Shown: positions 39,028 through 47,007 of the stretch, piece by piece
How positions within the stretch are numbered: position 1 is the stretch's first letter
Layout of the letters: every line of letters begins with the position of its first letter
Assembly (NCBI GenBank): GCA_043745805.1
Contig: JAYTSD010000001.1
Coordinates: 64,001-128,000, forward strand
Length of the DNA stretch: 64,000 nucleotides
Source of the DNA: Fibrobacteria bacterium
GTDB taxonomy: Bacteria > Fibrobacterota > Fibrobacteria > UBA11236
Reading direction: 5' to 3'
Notes under the pieces: model-generated
Told to the model about the DNA's origin: nothing
What the model saw: the letters and a program-made list of their open reading frames with translations, nothing else
The model's database searches: none
Program-made: the position numbers and the translations under genes

Positions 39028-41649
39028 TTAATTTTGCATAGTTAAATGGGTTTCATTGGCAACCGGAAGCCAGTCTTGATTTGTTACCTGTTTTGAGGGC
39101 TTACCCTTTTCCGCCAACATACTTTTAAGTAAACCATCGACATCTAGAATTATTCCCACACAACCATCCGAAAGAATAGTGCCGCCTGTTAATCCGGGAA
39201 TATTTTTAAAAGTTTCCCCTAAACTTTTAATCACTGTTTGTTGTTGCCCCATTAATTCATCAACAATAAAGCCCGTTTGTTGATGATTGGATTCAACAAT
39301 TACAGCTAATTTTAGCCGTACATCATTGGATTTAATTGGTATTTGGAAAAAATCTTGCAAAGAAAAAAGTGGAATTAAGCTTCCATTTAAAGAAAGCATT
39401 TCTCCTTTTTCCACACAAGTTGTAATATCCTTAGGATTGATGGCCACAATACGCACTACCGAAAGGGTAGGGAAAATATAACGCTCTCTTCCAACACGAA
39501 CGACCATGCCATCGATAATGGCAAGCGTGAGCGGCAACCAAATACTAAAAGTGGTACCGACATTTTTTTCAGAATGAATTTCAATACGGCCACGTAATAA
39601 TTCAATATTACGTTTTACTACATCCATGCCAACACCGCGACCGGATACTTCAGTAATTTCGCTGGCGGTAGAAAATCCCGCTTCAAAAATAAAACCCCAA
39701 ATATCTTTGTCAGTTAAATTACTTTCATCTTTCACCAAGCCTCTTTCTTTAGCCTTGGCAAGAATGGAATCGCGATTTAAACCTCGACCATCATCTTTGA
39801 TTTCCAAACAAACATTGCCCCCTTTTTGAAATGCGCTTAGTTTGACTTGGGCAATAGGGGGCTTCCTATATCGTACTCGATCTTCTGGATTTGTTTCAAT
39901 TCCATGATCAACGGAATTACGTAACATATGAACTAATGGATCCCCAATTCTGTCTACAACAGTTTTATCGAGTTCAATTTCTTCACCAAAGCAAACAAAC
40001 TCCACATTTTTTCCACTTTTTTTTCCAAGATCTCGAACCAGACGAGACATTTTTTGAAACAATGGTCTTACAGGAACCATGCGTAAGGACGTTCCCATAT
40101 TTTGCAGTTCACGTGTAATTTTGTCTAATTGCATTAATTGTTGCAGTAACTTAGGAGACACCTTTCTTTTTAATTCTGGAGACTGTACAATCATGGTTTC
40201 CACAATAACCAATTCCCCAATATTGTCTAAAAGGCGATCTAAGCGATCAGCCTCTACTTTAACTGTCTCTTTGATAGTTAGGGCCGAGTTTTCTTTATCT
40301 GCTTGCTTTTGCTCCCTTAATGCATGCGTTACAGTTTGTGCATCGACACTACCATGTTGCACCAAAATTTGCCCAAGGGGCACATGTCTTTGTGATTCAT
40401 TTTGTAAAGCAATAGCTTGAACAATAATTTCTTTTTCCACGGCACCCGATTTTATTAAAATATCACCCAATTTACTTCCGGGAATTACGGTGGTTTTTTC
40501 TTTTGATGATTTCGTGATAGCTTCGCCCGCATTCGCTTGACGAATCTTTTTTAATAGCAAACTTATTACTGCATCTTGAGGTCTATCACCGTGGCCTTCT
40601 TTTACATGACCCACAAGCGTTTTCATCATCCCCACTGATTCAAAGACACAATCCAACAATTCGCCTTGAAGAACAATGAGCGCTTCACGAGCCTTGTCTA
40701 AAAGACTTTCCGTTTCATGAGCCAACGTTTTGATGGTGCTTAATTCTAAAAATCCTGCCAATCCTTTTATACTATGAAAGGCACGAAATACGGCGTCTAA
40801 AGACTCTTTTCGATGAGGATCCACTTCTAAATCCATAAGATGTACATCGGAGACATCTAAATGCTCTAGAGCTTCCACAATAAAATCCGCAAGTATGCTC
40901 GGATCCATTTCCAAAGCCGAGCTTGTAGGCCCTTCAATTATTTCATGGCCAGAAAGGTAATTTTGGTCCTCAAACCTTTTTAAAAATGAATTAATTGCCT
41001 CGGGTTGTATTGTCTTGGAAGTGTAACTTTTGAAAGTGCTACCCAACCAATCTAAAACTTTTAATAAAACATCTGTATTATTAGGTTTGGCCTTTTCAAT
41101 AAAACCTTCGGTAGCATGACAAATTTTTTCAACATCATCTAAACCCAAAATAGCGGATTCACCTTTTAGGTTATGGAGAATTCCCTGTAGTTGTCGGAGC
41201 GTCGATGGGTCCGCAGATTTTTCTAAAGCTAAAACACAACTTTCCATTTCTTCTAAGCGACTATCTTGACGTGATAAAAAATCAGAAAATATTTTTTCAT
41301 CTACATTGGCCGGTAATCCTCGAACGACTTCAATTTCATCCGGTAAGTTTTTTCTTGACGAAGGTTCGGCCTCTTCTGGAAACAAATCTTGCAGGGCTTC
41401 TAAATTCTTTGTGACATTGTTTAAGGTATTTTCTTTTTCTATACCCACCGCCATATTAAGGTTTTCCAGAAGATTTTGCGTAAACTTACAGAGTTCAGTA
41501 GCTTGTGAGTTACCTTCTTTTAAAGCCCAATCATAAACTTCTTTTAAGCGAAGATGAATTTGAGCCTGGGCAGCAAAATCATCATGAGCAATTAAAACAA
41601 AATCTTCAATTAGGGCGCGAATTTTTTGTAAGCCGATTTTTTCATTCAT
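39028..41649 (-). CDS. cheA: Chemotaxis histidine kinase CheA with two Hpt domains and MshEN-like motif
   Basis: Hpt motifs ILHNLKG and AFHSIKG, dimerisation LDNIGELVI, DPLVHMLRNSVDHG, DDGRG, SGRGVGMDVV, CheW domain; alternative ATG at 41694. Confidence 0.95.
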   Translation of the reverse strand: MNEKIGLQKIRALIEDFVLIAHDDFAAQAQIHLRLKEVYDWALKEGNSQATELCKFTQNLLENLNMAVGIEKENTLNNVTKNLEALQDLFPEEAEPSSRKNLPDEIEVVRGLPANVDEKIFSDFLSRQDSRLEEMESCVLALEKSADPSTLRQLQGILHNLKGESAILGLDDVEKICHATEGFIEKAKPNNTDVLLKVLDWLGSTFKSYTSKTIQPEAINSFLKRFEDQNYLSGHEIIEGPTSSALEMDPSILADFIVEALEHLDVSDVHLMDLEVDPHRKESLDAVFRAFHSIKGLAGFLELSTIKTLAHETESLLDKAREALIVLQGELLDCVFESVGMMKTLVGHVKEGHGDRPQDAVISLLLKKIRQANAGEAITKSSKEKTTVIPGSKLGDILIKSGAVEKEIIVQAIALQNESQRHVPLGQILVQHGSVDAQTVTHALREQKQADKENSALTIKETVKVEADRLDRLLDNIGELVIVETMIVQSPELKRKVSPKLLQQLMQLDKITRELQNMGTSLRMVPVRPLFQKMSRLVRDLGKKSGKNVEFVCFGEEIELDKTVVDRIGDPLVHMLRNSVDHGIETNPEDRVRYRKPPIAQVKLSAFQKGGNVCLEIKDDGRGLNRDSILAKAKERGLVKDESNLTDKDIWGFIFEAGFSTASEITEVSGRGVGMDVVKRNIELLRGRIEIHSEKNVGTTFSIWLPLTLAIIDGMVVRVGRERYIFPTLSVVRIVAINPKDITTCVEKGEMLSLNGSLIPLFSLQDFFQIPIKSNDVRLKLAVIVESNHQQTGFIVDELMGQQQTVIKSLGETFKNIPGLTGGTILSDGCVGIILDVDGLLKSMLAEKGKPSKQVTNQDWLPVANETHLTMQN

Positions 41650-41890
41650 TTGGACGCTTTTCGTTTCAGGCAAAATAAGTTTACAGAGTATCATATCAAA
41701 ATGTCAAGTATTGGTGGAAAAAAAATAAATTTTTTTTTAGCAAAACGACTTTGATAATATTAATGAAATTATTCAAATGCATTTTAATGTTCGTGTTAAA
41801 TATTGTTATAATTATCACAATAATTATCAAAAAAATAGCATCAAATATAGAGTGATTTAAAAATGATTACGCGACTACTAAATAAAAGTC

Positions 41891-41906
41891 TGCAAAGATT
41901 ATGCCA
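41891..41906 (-). promoter_or_regulatory. sigma54 -24/-12 promoter for the cheAW-mcp-RDYXB operon
   Basis: Minus strand TGGCAT-AATCT-TTGCA. Confidence 0.82.
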
Positions 41907-41990
41907 TTATGATTAGTTGCAGTACGACTCAAGTAATCATAGCTTAAAGACAAAATAACGGAAAAATAAAAGCCTCTTCATAGTTGAGGT

Positions 41991-42105
41991 AAAAAAAAGG
42001 GGTGGATAAAAATGAGCAATAAATCCAACGTATTGTTATAAGTCTCGTACTCAGTGTGTGTTAGCAAAATGACTAAAATTAACCAAAATTGAAATTTATC
42101 CACCC
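41991..42105. promoter_or_regulatory. Putative enhancer (paired inverted boxes)
   Basis: aaaaggggtggataaaaatgagca (41995-42018), tgactaaaattaacca (42070-42085), aaatttatccaccc (42092-42105); GTGG..CCAC span 102 bp. Confidence 0.65.
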
Positions 42106-42280
42106 GTTCATTACTAATAATAAGTAATGAAAATTGCTTAATAAATTCAATGCAAGGGTCGACTACCTATTTAACAACAAATAATAAACTTGTTAAACAA
42201 ATAAAAGAGGGAGAAGTGGTTTTAAAAGGGCGTCCCTGCCCCATGAAAGAATACAAATAATTAATAATGAATTTTATTAT

Positions 42281-42892
42281 TTATCCATTATTCGAAGCGA
42301 GCGTACTTCCTTGTGCCCAAGCTTCTAATCCCGACGCCACCAATGAATTCACTTGACTAAAAAAATCTTGTGCTTTTCCATTGGCAGAGTTTTTCTCGGC
42401 GGCATTTTTGCTTCCTTGCATATGATGTAAACGATTTTTCATTTCATCTACAAAATCTGCTTGGGATCCTTCGCCGGTTTTTGCATACTCGTCTTGCATA
42501 CGTTTGAGAATATGATCTGCTACATGTTGGGGATTATGACCATGTGGCCTTTTTTCAGGTTCTGGTACAGACTCTAGTTTAACATTTGACTCTATTAAAG
42601 AACCATCTTGCCCTTCATTTTCACTGCCCAATTTTTCGAGTAGTGATTTTATCATTTTAAGTGGATTTTCATTTTCTTTCGCAACCACATCCGTAACTTG
42701 TAAGGTAATGGCTTGAATACTTAAGGAGAGCGTATCTCCATCCTTGTTGGTTAAACCACTAGGATTAAATGAAAAAGATTTGGCTTTTGCCCCATCATTT
42801 CCTTTATCAGGAGGAGAAGTTTTGATACCTGGACTAGACCCCTGATAGGCTTGTATTTTTACATACGTCGCACTATATGAATTTATTTCCAT
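42281..42892 (-). CDS. Hypothetical protein
   Basis: 203-aa ORF, ATG start, no signal peptide; DGDTLSLS and PQHVADHIL segments weakly recall DUF5610-like proteins. Confidence 0.65.
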   Translation of the reverse strand: MEINSYSATYVKIQAYQGSSPGIKTSPPDKGNDGAKAKSFSFNPSGLTNKDGDTLSLSIQAITLQVTDVVAKENENPLKMIKSLLEKLGSENEGQDGSLIESNVKLESVPEPEKRPHGHNPQHVADHILKRMQDEYAKTGEGSQADFVDEMKNRLHHMQGSKNAAEKNSANGKAQDFFSQVNSLVASGLEAWAQGSTLASNNG

Positions 42893-43083
42893 AAATTTCT
42901 TTCTGGAAAAAGTGAAAACAACTTCATCGTAATTGATAAGGTTGCTATTACATATTAAAAGCTGGAAGAGGGTTTTACCAAGAAAGTTGAGATAATAGAT
43001 TAATTTTTATTTTCACTTAGAAAAATAATTTGCACATTAATTTTTACTTTAACATTTGCTTTTAGCTTTGCCTTAATTTTCTC

Positions 43084-43100
43084 GTTACAATCTGTTACAA
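43084..43100 (+). promoter_or_regulatory. Putative OmpR-family binding site (10-bp-period direct repeat)
   Basis: GTTACAA-tct-GTTACAA upstream of the Spy/CpxP-like-RR-HK operon. Confidence 0.55.
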
Positions 43101-43175
43101 AGGAGATATAGTCGATTAATATCCATTCTATATCTTCTTCCTTGTGAACAAAAACACACTCACAAAGGAAAGAAT

Positions 43176-43622
43176 ATGTGGAAAAGAAAATTTTTAAAAT
43201 TCATTTTGCCAGTCGCAGCTATTGGATTAGGAGCCGCTCTTTTTACCGGCTGCCATGGTTCACATTGCTGTGCTAAATCTCCCAAGGGAAAGGCGGATTG
43301 GGTAGTTAAAAAACTTTCCAATGAATTGGATTTAGATGCCGGTCAAAAAGCGAAGTTGGAATTGATCAAGATTGATTTATTAACACATCGCCCCGATTTC
43401 ATGGCTTGGCATGATAGTTTGGGTAGTGATTTAATCAATCAAATTCGCAGTGAAAAAATGGACAAGGAGAAAATGAATAGCATCTTATCTGAAAAAGAAG
43501 ATAAGCTTAAAGAATTTCGTAGCCTATTAGTAGATAAATTAATCGAGTTTCATGCTATTTTGACACCCGTACAAAGGGAAAAATTAGCTGCTAAAATTGC
43601 AGAAATGAAACGTTGTAATTAA
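43176..43622 (+). CDS. Spy/CpxP-family periplasmic chaperone-like lipoprotein
   Basis: Lipobox LFTGC, LDLDAGQK and ILTPVQREKL (LTxxQ) motifs. Confidence 0.85.
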   Translation: MWKRKFLKFILPVAAIGLGAALFTGCHGSHCCAKSPKGKADWVVKKLSNELDLDAGQKAKLELIKIDLLTHRPDFMAWHDSLGSDLINQIRSEKMDKEKMNSILSEKEDKLKEFRSLLVDKLIEFHAILTPVQREKLAAKIAEMKRCN

Positions 43623-43715
43623 AACCCTCTGCGCTCTAGGATTTTAGTCCGGCTACGGGTAATGATAATCACAGTCGGGTCGAAAACTAGGGCGTAGTTT
43701 TATAGCTTTTAAATT

Positions 43716-44417
43716 ATGCATGAACAAATTCTTATAATCGATGATGATCGAAAGCTATGCAAGCTTTTAGAAAGCTATTTAAGTCAACATAATTATAAAG
43801 TAATGATGGCTCATGATGGCGAAGATGGATTACGTGCGATTAAAAGACAAGTTCCCGATTTAGTGATTTTGGATGTGATGTTACCTGGAAAAGATGGCTT
43901 TCAAATTTGTAGAGAAATTCGTTCTGATTATAAATTCCCCATTATTATGTTAACGGCAAGGGGGGAGGTAACCGATAGAATCGTTGGCCTTGAATTAGGT
44001 GCTGATGATTATTTACCCAAACCATTTGAACCAAGGGAATTAATAGCGCGCATGCAAGCGGTATTGCGTCGGGGAACGGAGAAAAATAAAAAGGAAATTC
44101 AAATCTTTGGTAAATTGAAAATCGATTTTTCCAAAAGAAGCGTAACCTTGGATGCCAAAAATTTGGAATTAACCGCTACGGAATTCGATATCCTTTCTGT
44201 TTTTGCCAAATATCCTGGCAAGGCTTTAAATCGCGATCAAATTTTGGAAAAATTAAAAGGTTTGGAATGGGAACCTATGAACCGTTCTATTGATGTTTTG
44301 ATGAGTCGCTTGCGACAAAAACTCGGAGACGATCCCAAACAGCCCACCTACTTTAAAACCTTATGGGGCGCAGGCTATATGTTTATTGGCGAGGAGGGTG
44401 CAGATGAGCATGAATAG
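43716..44417 (+). CDS. OmpR/CpxR-family response regulator
   Basis: LDVMLP, GADDYLPKPF, LTATEFDIL, RSIDVLMSRLRQKL, TLWGAGY. Confidence 0.95.
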   Translation: MHEQILIIDDDRKLCKLLESYLSQHNYKVMMAHDGEDGLRAIKRQVPDLVILDVMLPGKDGFQICREIRSDYKFPIIMLTARGEVTDRIVGLELGADDYLPKPFEPRELIARMQAVLRRGTEKNKKEIQIFGKLKIDFSKRSVTLDAKNLELTATEFDILSVFAKYPGKALNRDQILEKLKGLEWEPMNRSIDVLMSRLRQKLGDDPKQPTYFKTLWGAGYMFIGEEGADEHE

Positions 44418-45759
44418 AAATAATTCATCCACGAAGTGGAATCGACCATGGAATCGACGATCTTTACATTTTAAACTTTTAAGCCTTTTGTTACTAGCAG
44501 GTATTGTTGTAGATTTAACGGTAGGCGCATTTTATCATTTTTCTGGAAAAAATTCACAGCAAATTTTAGCGCGCAATCTTGAAAATTATGCAGAATATTT
44601 AATAAAAGATCTAGGTAACCCACTTGATACCTTAAGAGCCATTCAAATTTTAAGCCCTTTGGGTTTAGATTTGCGTTATCAAGGAAAAGATTTTTCATGG
44701 GCGACCAAACCCAATCTTCCCGATCCCATGATTTTTAAAGGGCATCATTTAGATTGTCCTGCTAATTCTTTAAGTTGCAATGCTATTCCTTTGGGTTGGA
44801 AGCATGGTCGATTTATGTTATTAATCAAAAATTCAAGTGGATATTTTCTTTTCGCAACTACCGCTCGGCGCTTTGGCCCTGGCGGTTTTCCACTGATGAT
44901 GCTACTGTGTTTTTTAACTATCCTCTTTGCGATTGCTTTTTTTCGCATGCGTCGTATGTTAAAACCCATTGCCGCGCTTAATGAGGGCGTACAACAAATT
45001 GGCAGCGGAAATTTATCCCATCGCATCACAGTTTGCGGACATGATGAATTTGCGGGTTTGGCAAAAGCATTTAATGGCATGGCCGAAAGATTACAGGAAA
45101 TTATTCGCTCCAAAGAGCAATTGCTGTTAGATGTCAGTCATGAAATGCGTAGTCCTTTAACGCGCGCTAAGGTAGCCTTAGAGTTACCTATGGTTGAGAG
45201 TAATAAAGAAAGTATACGCGAAGACTTAGATGAAATGGAAAAAATGTTGGCCGAAATTTTGGAAGGCGAACGCTTAAGTAGTGCCAATGGAGGATTGAAA
45301 AAAAGTGATTGCGATTTCACGGAGATGGCTCAAGAAATTGTAACCAAGATTTGTAATCAAGCTCCTGGTATTATTTGGAAAGGATCACAAATTCCGCATA
45401 CCCTTTTTGCAGATGGGGAAAGGATAAAAGTTGTAATACGGAATGTGCTGGAAAATGCTTTGAAGTATTCCAAGGAAGGCAACCGTCCCGTGGAAATTTA
45501 TTTTCAAGAATCGGCGGAAAAAACCAGCTTTAATTTATGCATTCGTGATTTTGGACAGGGCATACCCACTCAAGATTTAGAGAAAATCTTTGAACCTTTT
45601 TATCGAGTAGATCGATCGAGAAGTAAAGATACCGGCGGATTTGGATTGGGCTTAAGTTTATGTCAAAAAATCATATTAGCGCATGGTGGGGATATTTTGA
45701 TGGAGAGCATTGTGGGACAGGGCAGCACCGTAACTATCCGATTACCGATGCCTATTTAA
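44404..45759 (+). CDS. HAMP-domain sensor histidine kinase (CpxA-like)
   Basis: Two TM, HAMP, VSHEMRSPL, NVLENALKY, DFGQG, EPFYRVDRSR, GFGLGL. Confidence 0.95.
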   Translation: MSMNRNNSSTKWNRPWNRRSLHFKLLSLLLLAGIVVDLTVGAFYHFSGKNSQQILARNLENYAEYLIKDLGNPLDTLRAIQILSPLGLDLRYQGKDFSWATKPNLPDPMIFKGHHLDCPANSLSCNAIPLGWKHGRFMLLIKNSSGYFLFATTARRFGPGGFPLMMLLCFLTILFAIAFFRMRRMLKPIAALNEGVQQIGSGNLSHRITVCGHDEFAGLAKAFNGMAERLQEIIRSKEQLLLDVSHEMRSPLTRAKVALELPMVESNKESIREDLDEMEKMLAEILEGERLSSANGGLKKSDCDFTEMAQEIVTKICNQAPGIIWKGSQIPHTLFADGERIKVVIRNVLENALKYSKEGNRPVEIYFQESAEKTSFNLCIRDFGQGIPTQDLEKIFEPFYRVDRSRSKDTGGFGLGLSLCQKIILAHGGDILMESIVGQGSTVTIRLPMPI

Positions 45760-45886
45760 AAAACATACTCCGTGGACGGAAAAGCGGTTTACTGAATATT
45801 ATTATTTTCCTAATTAATAGCGATCGTACGGATTTGGGATTTCCACTTTTGCACTTTGTATTACCAATTTTGTTAGGAAGAATATT

Positions 45887-46456
45887 ATGGGAGTTTTAAA
45901 ATTTCTGCTATTTTCCTTTTGCGTATCTATCTGCGGCATATATGTTGTTTTGCATTTCACTTATACCTTGAAAATAAAGCCTTTATTGGATACTGCCTAT
46001 AGTCAAGTACATATTTGTAATAATGTAGGTTTTGAAATCTGCCAGCATTATGGTTTGGATGATAAAAAAAAACTTGAAAAACGCACGCAAGAATTTTTTG
46101 ACCAATTAGGCAGTAATGATTCCAGCTGGATTCAGTATAATGATTCTCTAGTCAATCTCTTCCAAAGTAAAGCCGTACAAATGTTTATTGATAGACATGA
46201 TTTCGCCTATCATGCTTATGATACCTTTTTGAAAATGGGTGATTTTTCTCCCAAATTTATTAATCCCATGGGCAGTGTGAGGCATTTTCTCTACGCTATT
46301 TTTATTGTGAAATACTTCCCTTTGAGCCCCAATTCCGAAATCATCTATTCCTCGCAAAACAACTATTTAGGATTTCGTATTTTTCTACCCGAAGGCAAAA
46401 TAATCAGCAGCTTTATTTATAATAATAAAGAACTGCGCGCTATGTTCGGAGCCTAA
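45887..46456 (+). CDS. Hypothetical membrane-anchored protein
   Basis: 189-aa ORF, RBS aggaag, N-terminal hydrophobic segment. Confidence 0.65.
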   Translation: MGVLKFLLFSFCVSICGIYVVLHFTYTLKIKPLLDTAYSQVHICNNVGFEICQHYGLDDKKKLEKRTQEFFDQLGSNDSSWIQYNDSLVNLFQSKAVQMFIDRHDFAYHAYDTFLKMGDFSPKFINPMGSVRHFLYAIFIVKYFPLSPNSEIIYSSQNNYLGFRIFLPEGKIISSFIYNNKELRAMFGA

Positions 46457-46624
46457 ACCTCAAACCCCATCTTAAAGCATATTTTTTTACCTTTAGTTTT
46501 TAAGCTTGGAATTGAATTCTAGATCACGGTTCTTTATGTCAATCTTTATGTGATAGCGGTCACAGACCGGCATCCTTTTTAAAAATATGTTTTAGCATAA
46601 TAATTTTTGTTTTGGGGTTATAAA

Positions 46625-47005
46625 ATGAGCGCTACAAATTCCAATGGGCCTTCCGAAAAGCCTCCAGAAAAACATCTTATGCCTTCGGGCAAAAACCGAG
46701 AAATTGTAGTTCGCGATCCAGTTTTATATTTGCGCTATCTCTATCATGACAATCATCCCGTAGTCAATGCCCCCTTTGAAGTAGAAATGGAAAATGGGAA
46801 TATCTTTAAAGGGACTTTGGATGAAAACGGGGAAGTAAAAATTATCAATTTACCCTCCAAGCCCCTTAAGGTAAGGTATGGAGCGGATACACGCCCTTAT
46901 CAATGCGCAGATACAACACCCAATCCCGATTATAAAGAAAAATTTTCCGACGCGGATATGGAAGCGCTTGTGAAAAAGGCCATGGCCGATAATGGGTTGA
47001 AATAA
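46625..47005 (+). CDS. Small transthyretin-like beta-sandwich protein resembling VgrG/PAAR C-terminal extensions; candidate effector adaptor
   Basis: LRYLYHDNHPVVNAPFEVEMENG..FKGTLDENG...NLP....VRYGAD; 2 bp upstream of the toxin-like gene. Confidence 0.55.
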   Translation: MSATNSNGPSEKPPEKHLMPSGKNREIVVRDPVLYLRYLYHDNHPVVNAPFEVEMENGNIFKGTLDENGEVKIINLPSKPLKVRYGADTRPYQCADTTPNPDYKEKFSDADMEALVKKAMADNGLK

Positions 47006-47007
47006 TT

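Noticed and set aside
46531-46551. tctttatgt direct repeat upstream of the toxin cassette
   Set aside because: Two short AT-rich copies only; compatible with chance.
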